DNA from: Escherichia coli
GTDB lineage: Bacteria; Pseudomonadota; Gammaproteobacteria; Enterobacterales; Enterobacteriaceae
NCBI RefSeq assembly: GCF_003018255.1
Contig: NZ_CP027440.1
Reading direction: 5' to 3' (one strand)
Length of the DNA stretch: 64,000 bases
Under the pieces are notes generated by a model. That model did not search any database. It saw nothing but the letters and a program-made list of their open reading frames with translations, and was not told the origin of the DNA. This document shows, one piece after another, positions 52,142 to 62,012 of the stretch (the first letter of the stretch is position 1; each line of letters begins with the position of its first letter). Both the position numbers and the translations under genes were made by a program.

Positions 52142-53632
52142 ATGAAATTGCACCATAGAATGCTCCGGCATTTTATCGCCGCAAGTGTCATTGTGCTGAC
52201 ATCTTCCTTCCTTATTTTTGAACTTGTCGCCAGCGACAGAGCAATGAGTGCCTATCTGCGCTATATCGTGCAGAGAGCAGACTCCTCCTTTCTTTATGAT
52301 AAGTATCAGAATCAGAGTATTGCCGCGCATGTGATGCGCGCTCTCGCTGCTGAGCAGTCGGAAGTGTCGCCAGAACAGCGGCGCGCCATCTGCGAGGCTT
52401 TTGAGTCTGCCAATAATACCCATGGCTTAAACCTGACTGCCCATAAATACCCGGACTTACGCGGCACACTACAAACCGCATCCACTGACTGCGACACAAT
52501 TGTGGAAGCTGCAGCACTATTACCCGCTTTTGATCAGGCAGTGGAAAGCAACCGCCACCAGGATGATTACGGTTCAGGTCTTGGGATGGCCGAAGAGAAA
52601 TTTCACTATTATCTCGATCTCAATGACCGCTATGTCTATTTTTATGAGCCGGTTAATGTTGAGTACTTTGCGATGAATAACTGGTCTTTCCTGCAGTCAG
52701 GAAGTATTGGCATCGATCGCAAAGATATTGAAAAGGTATTTACCGGGCGTACCGTTTTATCGAGCATTTACCAGGATCAGCGTACTAAACAGAACGTGAT
52801 GAGTTTGCTGACGCCGGTATATGTCGCAGGGCAGCTAAAAGGGATTGTGCTGCTGGATATTAACAAAAACAATCTGCGGAATATCTTTTACACTCATGAC
52901 CGCCCTCTCCTCTGGCGTTTTCTCAATGTCACGCTAACCGATACCGATTCGGGGCGCGACATTATCATCAACCAGAGCGAAGATAATCTGTTCCAGTATG
53001 TCAGTTACGTCCATGACTTACCGGGCGGCATTCGTGTCTCGTTATCCATTGATATTCTTTACTTTATCACGTCTTCGTGGAAAAGCGTTCTGTTCTGGAT
53101 TTTGACGGCGTTAATTTTGCTGAATATGGTGCGGATGCACTTCCGTTTATACCAAAACGTGTCGCGAGAAAATATTAGTGATGCGATGACTGGACTGTAT
53201 AATCGCAAAATTTTAACCCCTGAACTGGAGCAGCGGTTGCAGAAGCTGGTGCAATCCGGTTCTTCGGTGATGTTTATTGCAATTGACATGGACAAGTTAA
53301 AGCAAATAAATGACACCCTCGGTCATCAGGAGGGGGATTTAGCGATTACGTTATTAGCTCAGGCGATTAAACAATCGATTCGTAAAAGTGATTATGCCAT
53401 CCGACTCGGTGGCGATGAATTCTGCATCATTCTTGTCGATTCGACGCCGCAAATTGCAGCACAACTGCCTGAACGTATCGAAAAACGTCTGCAACATATC
53501 GCGCCGCAGAAAGAGATCGGCTTCTCTTCCGGTATTTACGCGATGAAAGAAAACGATACGTTACATGATGCGTATAAAGCTTCCGATGAGCGTTTATATG
53601 TCAATAAGCAGAACAAAAACAGCCGTTCATGA
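52142..53632 (+). CDS. yeaJ: membrane-anchored diguanylate cyclase YeaJ/DgcJ
   Basis: ORF 51962-53632; start at ATG 52142 with RBS aaggag; intact RLGGDEF motif; 496 aa. Confidence 0.85.
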   Translation: MKLHHRMLRHFIAASVIVLTSSFLIFELVASDRAMSAYLRYIVQRADSSFLYDKYQNQSIAAHVMRALAAEQSEVSPEQRRAICEAFESANNTHGLNLTAHKYPDLRGTLQTASTDCDTIVEAAALLPAFDQAVESNRHQDDYGSGLGMAEEKFHYYLDLNDRYVYFYEPVNVEYFAMNNWSFLQSGSIGIDRKDIEKVFTGRTVLSSIYQDQRTKQNVMSLLTPVYVAGQLKGIVLLDINKNNLRNIFYTHDRPLLWRFLNVTLTDTDSGRDIIINQSEDNLFQYVSYVHDLPGGIRVSLSIDILYFITSSWKSVLFWILTALILLNMVRMHFRLYQNVSRENISDAMTGLYNRKILTPELEQRLQKLVQSGSSVMFIAIDMDKLKQINDTLGHQEGDLAITLLAQAIKQSIRKSDYAIRLGGDEFCIILVDSTPQIAAQLPERIEKRLQHIAPQKEIGFSSGIYAMKENDTLHDAYKASDERLYVNKQNKNSRS

Positions 53633-53674
53633 TAACCTTCTGTGGTTGTTTGCTTGTAATCTCAGGAGCATGAA

Positions 53675-54178
53675 ATGACTGAAATGGCTAAAGGAAGCGT
53701 GACGCATCAGCGGTTAATCGCTTTATTATCACAAGAAGGTGCTGACTTCCGCGTCGTTACCCATGAAGCGGTAGGTAAATGTGAAGCGGTGTCAGAAATT
53801 CGTGGCACCGCTTTAGGCCAGGGGGCTAAGGCACTGGTATGTAAAGTCAAAGGCAATGGTGTAAATCAACATGTTCTGGCGATCCTCGCGGCCGATCAAC
53901 AGGCCGATCTGAGCCAACTCGCCAGCCATATAGGCGGATTACGCGCTTCGTTGGCCAGCCCGGCGGAAGTCGATGAACTCACAGGCTGTGTCTTCGGCGC
54001 GATCCCCCCTTTCAGCTTCCATCCAAAACTCAAACTGGTTGCCGATCCCCTACTCTTCGAACGATTTGATGAAATCGCCTTCAATGCAGGCATGCTGGAT
54101 AAATCCGTTATTTTGAAAACCGCGGATTATTTGCGCATTGCGCAACCAGAACTGGTCAATTTCCGCCGCACTGCGTAA
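53675..54178 (+). CDS. yeaK: YbaK/ProX-family aminoacyl-tRNA deacylase YeaK
   Basis: 167-aa ORF. Confidence 0.8.
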   Translation: MTEMAKGSVTHQRLIALLSQEGADFRVVTHEAVGKCEAVSEIRGTALGQGAKALVCKVKGNGVNQHVLAILAADQQADLSQLASHIGGLRASLASPAEVDELTGCVFGAIPPFSFHPKLKLVADPLLFERFDEIAFNAGMLDKSVILKTADYLRIAQPELVNFRRTA

Positions 54179-54283
54179 CTAGCCTGTCCGTTCGATAAGA
54201 AGAACGGACAAAACCAGCACAACAGCAATGGCAAAAAACGATGACGTGATAATCAGTGTCTCGACGAACATTTGATCGTTCAT
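54179..54283 (-). CDS. yoaI: 34-aa small membrane protein YoaI
   Basis: Read by hand on minus strand: ATG AAC GAT CAA ATG TTC GTC GAG ... TAG = [34 protein letters not shown]; not in ORF track (below 60 aa). Confidence 0.75.
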   Translation of the reverse strand: MNDQMFVETLIITSSFFAIAVVLVLSVLLIERTG

Positions 54284-54452
54284 AGTATGCCCCCGGGAGA
54301 TAGTTGTTTTCACGTTATTGTTAGCGTGCGCAAATGGCAGTTTGATGACAGTTCGCCTGATTTTTTATGCAAAAAACGTAAAGATTTTCTACTTCCTTCC
54401 TGCAGCAAGCGTAAAGTAAGCAGGCTTATTATTCTTTGGCAAGGAAACCACG

Positions 54453-54899
54453 ATGTTTGATGTCACTTTGCTGATCCTGCTCGGGTTAGCTGCGCTGGGC
54501 TTTATCAGTCATAACACCACTGTCGCCGTTTCAATTCTGGTGTTAATCATTGTCCGCGTCACACCGTTAAGCACCTTTTTCCCGTGGATTGAAAAACAGG
54601 GGCTAAGTATCGGGATAATCATTCTGACGATTGGCGTTATGGCTCCCATCGCCAGCGGGACGCTACCGCCCTCAACCCTGATTCACTCGTTTCTGAACTG
54701 GAAATCGCTGGTGGCAATTGCAGTCGGCGTTATTGTCTCCTGGCTGGGGGGGCGCGGCGTGACGTTAATGGGCAGCCAGCCGCAACTGGTCGCCGGGCTG
54801 CTGGTGGGCACTGTTTTGGGCGTGGCGCTGTTTCGCGGCGTACCGGTTGGCCCGCTTATTGCCGCGGGTCTGGTTTCGCTGATTGTGGGGAAACAGTAG
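54453..54899 (+). CDS. yeaL: DUF441 inner membrane protein YeaL
   Basis: 148-aa hydrophobic ORF. Confidence 0.8.
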
Positions 54900-55677
54900 T
54901 TAATCCCGCAATATATCGGCCTGGCGTTTGCCCCAGGCCTTTCTTAAACATAGTAATAAAGGCCGTTGTTGAATCATACCCCAGCGTATGAGCAACTTTC
55001 TGTACAGTATCGCCTTTCACTAATCCCTGAAGCGCCATAATCAGCTGTAACTGCTGACGCCACTGGCGAAAACTCACCCCCGTCTCTTTCACTATCAGTC
55101 GGGCAAGATTGCGTTCACTCATCGCAAAAAAGCGAGCCCATTGCCCCAATGACCCCCACTCGACGGGCTCTTTCGCCATCATCTCCACCATCGCGCGGAT
55201 TTTAGGATGAGAAGAAACGGGTAGGTGCAGCTGTTGTTGTGGCTGCTGAGGGAGTTCATCAAACAGGACCTGAATTAATCTGCGGGTCATCGGCTCAGCA
55301 CGCTGAGTCGTCGTCCTGTTTGCCAGGGTTAAAATTAATTCCCGGCATAAGGGCGATATTTTCAATGTGCAACAGGTTGTCGGCATTGTCACTGCGCTGG
55401 GTTCGATAAACAGAAAACAGAGTTCAGCGTTAGCTGTCACTTGATTGCTATGTTCCACCCCTCCCGGTATCCAAACCGCATATTGTGGCGGCACCATCCA
55501 CAAAGCATTTTCCACCGTACAGGTAATTGCACCATGTAGTGCCAGTATCAACTGTCCTTTGCGGTGCTGATGTACAGGACTGGTTAACTCATCCGTTCCG
55601 GCGTGAATACAAAATGCGACCGCGGCTTCATGGTGTCGGTCGGGTTCATAGCCATTGAGATTCAACCTGTGCATCAT
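54856..55677 (-). CDS. yeaM: AraC-family transcriptional regulator YeaM/NimR
   Basis: 273-aa ORF with cupin N-domain and AraC HTH; 3' end overlaps yeaL by 44 bp. Confidence 0.85.
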
Positions 55678-55773
55678 TTTGTCCGAATTTAGCGATAATT
55701 TGTCATTTTAGCTTGATTCAACATAACAATAAAAACGGTAAGGTACAGCCTCGTTTGTAACAATGAGAAGCAT

Positions 55774-56955
55774 ATGACCTGTTCAACTTCATTAAGCGGC
55801 AAAAACAGGATTGTCCTTATCGCTGGCATTCTGATGATTGCCACAACATTACGCGTCACCTTTACCGGCGCAGCACCGTTACTGGATACGATTCGTTCCG
55901 CTTACTCGCTGACGACGGCGCAAACCGGCTTATTGACCACCCTGCCATTATTAGCCTTTGCGCTAATCTCACCTTTGGCTGCCCCGGTGGCGCGACGTTT
56001 TGGTATGGAACGTAGCCTGTTTGCCGCGTTACTTTTGATCTGTGCTGGTATCGCAATTCGCTCTCTCCCTTCGCCTTACTTATTATTTGGCGGTACAGCG
56101 GTCATTGGCGGTGGGATTGCATTAGGCAATGTCTTACTGCCAGGATTAATTAAACGCGATTTCCCTCATTCCGTCGCCAGACTTACCGGCGCATATTCCC
56201 TGACAATGGGAGCTGCAGCGGCACTGGGATCGACTATGGTCGTGCCGCTGGCTTTGAACGGTTTTGGCTGGCAAGGCGCGTTGCTCATGCTGATGTCTTT
56301 TCCTCTGCTGGCTCTTTTTTTATGGCTGCCACAGTGGCGAAGTCAACAACATGCAAATTTGAGTACCTCACGCGCCTTACATACTCGGGGTATCTGGCGT
56401 TCGCCGCTTGCCTGGCAGGTAACATTGTTTCTTGGGATCAACTCACTGGTCTATTACGTGATTATTGGCTGGCTTCCGGCGATTCTCATCAGTCACGGCT
56501 ATAGCGAAGCACAGGCGGGTTCACTGCATGGTTTGCTGCAACTAGCCACAGCAGCTCCCGGTTTGCTGATCCCACTTTTCTTACATCATGTGAAAGATCA
56601 GCGTGGTATTGCAGCGTTCGTTGCCTTGATGTGCGCAGTGGCCGCGGTTGGGCTCTGCTTTATGCCAGCACACGCGATCACCTGGACTCTGCTTTTCGGT
56701 TTTGGTTCCGGCGCAACAATGATACTGGGGTTGACGTTCATTGGTCTGCGGGCAAGTTCTGCGCATCAGGCGGCGGCACTCTCGGGGATGGCACAATCCG
56801 TCGGGTATTTGCTGGCAGCCTGTGGGCCGCCGCTGATGGGTAAAATACACGATGCTAACGGTGACTGGTCCGTACCACTGATGGGTGTTGCAATACTTTC
56901 ACTACTGATGGCGATTTTCGGACTTTGCGCCGGGAGAGACAAAGAAATTCGCTAA
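55774..56955 (+). CDS. yeaN: MFS transporter YeaN/NimT
   Basis: 393-aa 12-TM-like ORF divergent from yeaM. Confidence 0.85.
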   Translation: MTCSTSLSGKNRIVLIAGILMIATTLRVTFTGAAPLLDTIRSAYSLTTAQTGLLTTLPLLAFALISPLAAPVARRFGMERSLFAALLLICAGIAIRSLPSPYLLFGGTAVIGGGIALGNVLLPGLIKRDFPHSVARLTGAYSLTMGAAAALGSTMVVPLALNGFGWQGALLMLMSFPLLALFLWLPQWRSQQHANLSTSRALHTRGIWRSPLAWQVTLFLGINSLVYYVIIGWLPAILISHGYSEAQAGSLHGLLQLATAAPGLLIPLFLHHVKDQRGIAAFVALMCAVAAVGLCFMPAHAITWTLLFGFGSGATMILGLTFIGLRASSAHQAAALSGMAQSVGYLLAACGPPLMGKIHDANGDWSVPLMGVAILSLLMAIFGLCAGRDKEIR

Positions 56956-57009
56956 TATCCGGTGCTATAGTGACGTGGCAAATCATGCGTGAAAGGGAGA
57001 ACAAATACG

Positions 57010-57357
57010 ATGAATATTCAGTGCAAACGCGTTTATGATCCGGCTGAACAGAGCGATGGTTATCGCGTACTGGTCGACCGCCTCTGGCCACGCGGTATCA
57101 AAAAAACCGATTTAGCCCTTGATGAATGGGATAAAGAAATCACGCCGTCAACGGAACTGCGCAAAGCCTTTCACGGCGAAGTCGTCGATTTTGCAACCTT
57201 TCGCGAGCAATATCTTGCAGAACTGGCGCAACACGAGCAAGAAGGAAAGCGGCTGGCGAACATCGCCAAAAAACAGCCGCTGACCCTGCTCTACTCAGCA
57301 AAAAACACCACGCAGAACCATGCGCTGGTGCTGGCAGACTGGCTACGTAGCTTGTGA
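57010..57357 (+). CDS. yeaO: DUF488 protein YeaO
   Basis: ORF 56989-57357; start at ATG 57010 with RBS gggaga; 115 aa. Confidence 0.8.
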   Translation: MNIQCKRVYDPAEQSDGYRVLVDRLWPRGIKKTDLALDEWDKEITPSTELRKAFHGEVVDFATFREQYLAELAQHEQEGKRLANIAKKQPLTLLYSAKNTTQNHALVLADWLRSL

Positions 57358-57378
57358 TTTTAGTACGCCATCCGGCAG

Positions 57379-57633
57379 TTATTTTTCACCAGCCGGATGG
57401 TCCCGTCGCCACAATGCCCATTCATCAATCGTTTCACCGCCCGGTAATTTGCAATTGTTGCTGACCCCTTGCGCTGTCTGCACAGGAATGAGCGTCCCGC
57501 CCTTCTGCTGGCAATAGACCGACGCCGGATTTGCCATACCAATCTGCGGCGGTTTAGGTGCTTCTGGCTGAGAAGGGGTTGAACAACCAGCCAGGACCAG
57601 CAAGCAAGGCAGAACAAAACTGATAATTTTCAT
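57379..57633 (-). CDS. yoaF: DUF333 lipoprotein YoaF
   Basis: 84-aa ORF with lipobox LAGC. Confidence 0.8.
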   Translation of the reverse strand: MKIISFVLPCLLVLAGCSTPSQPEAPKPPQIGMANPASVYCQQKGGTLIPVQTAQGVSNNCKLPGGETIDEWALWRRDHPAGEK

Positions 57634-57815
57634 TTATTGATCTCACATATTTATCCAGACTTAGAGTATCGCGGTATCGTTTTGTTTTGCAGCACTATTT
57701 TTATTACATTCACTCAAATCATATTACGCCTTGTTTCATCTTTGTTGATGATGTTTTATCATGCCTGCAAAGATTAAATAATCAGCATTTACCCGCCGTA
57801 TCCTGGAGTTGTTTC

Positions 57816-58841
57816 GTGTCAGATCAGATTATCGCCCGCGTCTCGCAATCCCTTGCCAAAGAACAGTCACTGGAAAGCCTGGTCCGACAGCTTCTGGAGA
57901 TGCTGGAAATGGTCACTGATATGGAATCAACCTACCTGACCAAAGTGGATGTCGAAGCGCGCCTGCAGCATATAATGTTTGCCCGTAACAGCCAGAAAAT
58001 GCACATCCCGGAGAATTTTACCGTCTCGTGGGATTACTCGTTATGCAAACGCGCCATTGATGAAAACTGCTTTTTCAGCGATGAAGTCCCTGACCGTTGG
58101 GGCGACTGTATTGCGGCACGCAATCTTGGCATCACCACATTTCTGAGCACGCCAATTCACTTACCGGATGGATCATTCTATGGCACGCTTTGCGCCGCCA
58201 GCAGTGAGAAGCGCCAGTGGAGTGAACGCGCGGAACAGGTTTTACAGTTATTCGCCGGACTGATTGCACAATATATTCAAAAAGAGGCACTGGTTGAGCA
58301 GCTGCGCGAAGCCAATGCTGCGCTGATTGCGCAATCGTATACCGACTCGTTAACCGGGCTACCGAATCGGCGGGCGATTTTTGAAAATCTGACGACGCTG
58401 TTTTCTCTCGCCCGACATCTTAACCATAAGATAATGATCGCGTTTATCGATCTGGATAACTTCAAATTAATCAACGATCGTTTTGGTCATAATAGTGGTG
58501 ATTTGTTCCTCATTCAGGTTGGCGAGCGCCTTAATACGCTCCAGCAAAATGGCGAAGTTATTGGTCGTCTCGGCGGTGATGAGTTTTTGGTTGTTTCACT
58601 GAACAACGAGAATGCGGATATTTCGTCTCTGCGAGAACGTATTCAACAGCAAATACGTGGAGAATATCACTTAGGTGACGTTGATTTGTATTATCCCGGT
58701 GCCAGTCTTGGCATAGTAGAAGTCGATCCTGAAACGACCGATGCAGACAGTGCCCTGCATGCTGCCGATATCGCGATGTATCAGGAGAAAAAACACAAAC
58801 AGAAAACACCTTTTGTCGCGCATCCAGCGCTACATTCCTGA
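57816..58841 (+). CDS. yeaP: GAF-GGDEF diguanylate cyclase YeaP/DgcP
   Basis: ORF 57687-58841; start placed at GTG 57816 (VSDQIIARV...) with RBS ggag 8 nt upstream; intact RLGGDEF; 341 aa. Confidence 0.8.
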   Translation: MSDQIIARVSQSLAKEQSLESLVRQLLEMLEMVTDMESTYLTKVDVEARLQHIMFARNSQKMHIPENFTVSWDYSLCKRAIDENCFFSDEVPDRWGDCIAARNLGITTFLSTPIHLPDGSFYGTLCAASSEKRQWSERAEQVLQLFAGLIAQYIQKEALVEQLREANAALIAQSYTDSLTGLPNRRAIFENLTTLFSLARHLNHKIMIAFIDLDNFKLINDRFGHNSGDLFLIQVGERLNTLQQNGEVIGRLGGDEFLVVSLNNENADISSLRERIQQQIRGEYHLGDVDLYYPGASLGIVEVDPETTDADSALHAADIAMYQEKKHKQKTPFVAHPALHS

Positions 58842-58873
58842 GGCGTATTCACATCCTTTTGATTGGTGATAAC

Positions 58874-58972
58874 ATGCGAATCGGTATTATTTTTCCGGTT
58901 GTAATCTTTATTACAGCGGTCGTATTTTTAGCATGGTTTTTTATTGGCGGCTATGCTGCCCCGGGAGCATAA
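58874..58972 (+). CDS. yoaK: 32-aa small membrane protein YoaK
   Basis: Read by hand: MRIGIIFPVVIFITAVVFLAWFFIGGYAAPGA; not in ORF track. Confidence 0.7.
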   Translation: MRIGIIFPVVIFITAVVFLAWFFIGGYAAPGA

Positions 58973-58974
58973 AG

Positions 58975-59049
58975 ATGAAAAAAACAACGATTATTATGAT
59001 GGGTGTGGCGATTATTGTCGTACTCGGCACTGAGCTGGGATGGTGGTAA
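58975..59049 (+). CDS. yoaJ: 24-aa small membrane protein YoaJ
   Basis: Read by hand: MKKTTIIMMGVAIIVVLGTELGWW; starts 2 nt after the yoaK stop. Confidence 0.7.
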   Translation: MKKTTIIMMGVAIIVVLGTELGWW

Positions 59050-59107
59050 CGTCACATCTAGAAAATAGCAAAGGCTGCCTGTGTGCAGCCTTTGTGCAAT
59101 TTACGCG

Positions 59108-59356
59108 TTAACTTTTAATCTTTCTGTAGATAAACAGCACGACAATCGCGCCAATAACGGCAACCACGAAGCTGCCAAAATTGAAGCCATCGACTTTACC
59201 AAAGCCAAACAGCGTGCTGATCCATCCGCCGACTACGGCACCGACTATCCCCAGCAGGATAGTCATAAAGAATCCACCACCATCTTTACCTGGCATGATC
59301 CACTTCGCCAGAATACCGGCAATAAGCCCAAAAATAATCCATGACAGAATGCCCAT
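59108..59356 (-). CDS. yeaQ: GlsB/YeaQ/YmgE-family stress membrane protein
   Basis: 82-aa Gly-rich two-TM ORF. Confidence 0.85.
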   Translation of the reverse strand: MGILSWIIFGLIAGILAKWIMPGKDGGGFFMTILLGIVGAVVGGWISTLFGFGKVDGFNFGSFVVAVIGAIVVLFIYRKIKS

Positions 59357-59503
59357 TGTTTCCTCACTTATCTGTTTTGCATTAGCGGGTTAGTCGCTGA
59401 TAAAAAGCATAGCACAACATCGTGAGGGCAAGATTTGTGACGAGCATCACGGAGGATTTTTTTGCGATGGCGCAGAAATTGCGCCATCAACGATCAGTGA
59501 TAA

Positions 59504-59686
59504 TTACCAACCACAAACATCATGTTCGTTTTCCGTGTCATAAGAACGCACGGTATTCACCAGATCTTTTATCACTTCAGCCGCCACTTCTGGCACCAGC
59601 AAAGTCATCGGCGTCTCTGTTTCATAATCGACAGAAACGCCATTGCTGTTATTGGTGACGGTCACGGTATACGTTGCTTTGCCCAT
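59504..59686 (-). CDS. yoaG: DUF1869 protein YoaG
   Basis: 60-aa ORF immediately downstream of yeaR (4-bp gap). Confidence 0.8.
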   Translation of the reverse strand: MGKATYTVTVTNNSNGVSVDYETETPMTLLVPEVAAEVIKDLVNTVRSYDTENEHDVCGW

Positions 59687-59689
59687 GAT

Positions 59690-60049
59690 TCATTTCCCGT
59701 TATGAATGACTTTCCGTTGTTGCGCACCTTCCATCAGGACTTCAGGAGCAACGAAGAAGTCAATGTTGAAATAAGTGTCGTCAGTCATGGCTTCAATGTT
59801 GTGCCACTTTTCTGGAGGGAACACAGCAAACTGCCCCGCTTCGATAAGGATCACTTGATCAGGCTCTGTACTGTGTTCATCAGCGTAGCCGAGATATTTG
59901 ACCGCCCCATGCATAACGGAAAGGCGTGGGTAAACCCCCGGGCGCGTTCCTTTATCAAGATGACGTTCGAATATTCCGGCAGGCGCAGTTTGTTTATTCC
60001 AGAAAGGCGTTGAGCGCGTATGAATATAATTCTGTGGGATTTGCAGCAT
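59690..60049 (-). CDS. yeaR: DUF1971 protein YeaR
   Basis: 119-aa ORF. Confidence 0.8.
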   Translation of the reverse strand: MLQIPQNYIHTRSTPFWNKQTAPAGIFERHLDKGTRPGVYPRLSVMHGAVKYLGYADEHSTEPDQVILIEAGQFAVFPPEKWHNIEAMTDDTYFNIDFFVAPEVLMEGAQQRKVIHNGK

Positions 60050-60221
60050 CCTTTTCCCTCCTTCGGTGAATGCGCTGAAAACGGTTTATTTCAGCCGTTT
60101 CAGGGTACGCCTGATAATTTGCATTTTAAATACCATTTATTGGTTACTATTTAGCACCGTATCAGAGAAGAATCAGGGAGGATTACAGGTGGGAAGCCCG
60201 CGACAACGCGGGCTGAATGCA

Positions 60222-60929
<708 letters not shown>

Positions 60930-60986
60930 TTAGAAAGGAGAAAATCAGGTTTTAACCTGATATCAACCCGATAATTGAATCATTAA

Positions 60987-61910
60987 TCAGGCATGCTCCA
61001 GTGAAAAATTCGGGTAGTGCTCGGCAAAATACTGGCGTAAAAATTCTACCGTTATCCGTACTTTCGCTGACGTCGCCAGCCTTGAAACATAAACGGCCCA
61101 GACATTCGCTGGCTGGTAATATTCCGGTAGCACTTGTACTAAATGACCACTGGCAATGTTTTCGCTAACATCCCACCAGGAGCGCAGAGCAATCCCCTGC
61201 CCATCGAGACACCACTGATGGACAATTTCTCCATGATTAGACGACAGTGGGCCGGTAACTTTAATCGCATGGTGGCCTTCTTTATTGCGTAATTGCCAGA
61301 CACCAAAAGGATGATCGCGCTCTTTAATGACCAGGCACGGCAATGCAGAAAGATCGGTTAAATGTTTCGGCGCGCCATGTTGCGCAATAAATTCCGGTGA
61401 CGCGCAGAGAATGCGATAATTGGTCGCCAGTTTGCGGGCGATTAAATTAGGGGCGATGTCATCGCCAATGCGAATATCGAGATCGACACCTTCATTGACC
61501 AAATCGACCAACCGGTCTTCCACATCAAAACGTAATTCCAGTTGCGGATACGCCTTCGCCAGCGCTGATAACGCCGGGGCCACCACCTGTCGTCCAAAAC
61601 CAAAGCTGCTGATAATACGCAGCATCCCCTGTGGCACCTGACGCACGTCAGAAAGTTCGTCCATCATCTGACCGACATCCTGCAAAATCCGCTGCGCCCA
61701 TTCATAAATCCGCTCTCCTTCTTCGGTAATGGTGACGCGGCGGGTGGTGCGGTGTAACAACACCACGTTTAGCGTTTGCTCCAGCAAGGCGATGCGCTTG
61801 CTGACGAACGCCGGAGAAACGCCCAGTTCTTCCGCCACGGCGGCAAAACCAGCCCGGCGAGCCACCAGCATAAAGACGCGCAAATCGTTCAGCAGCGGTA
61901 AATTATTCAT
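60987..61910 (-). CDS. dmlR: LysR-family transcriptional regulator DmlR
   Basis: ORF 60987-61931; start placed at ATG 61910 (MNNLPLLNDLRVF...); N-terminal LysR HTH; divergent from dmlA. Confidence 0.8.
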   Translation of the reverse strand: MNNLPLLNDLRVFMLVARRAGFAAVAEELGVSPAFVSKRIALLEQTLNVVLLHRTTRRVTITEEGERIYEWAQRILQDVGQMMDELSDVRQVPQGMLRIISSFGFGRQVVAPALSALAKAYPQLELRFDVEDRLVDLVNEGVDLDIRIGDDIAPNLIARKLATNYRILCASPEFIAQHGAPKHLTDLSALPCLVIKERDHPFGVWQLRNKEGHHAIKVTGPLSSNHGEIVHQWCLDGQGIALRSWWDVSENIASGHLVQVLPEYYQPANVWAVYVSRLATSAKVRITVEFLRQYFAEHYPNFSLEHA

Positions 61911-62012
61911 GATTCGTGTTTTATGTTTCACCAGTTACAGGGATTAATTCCTTTTCAGTCAATTATAGGATGGTGATGTTGTCAATTTTGATGGTCAGGA
62001 AGTGAGAACCCA

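Noticed and set aside
54272-54460. 62-aa plus-strand ORF upstream of yeaL
   Set aside because: Overlaps the yoaI start on the opposite strand and the yeaL promoter region; no RBS; the real small gene here is on the minus strand.
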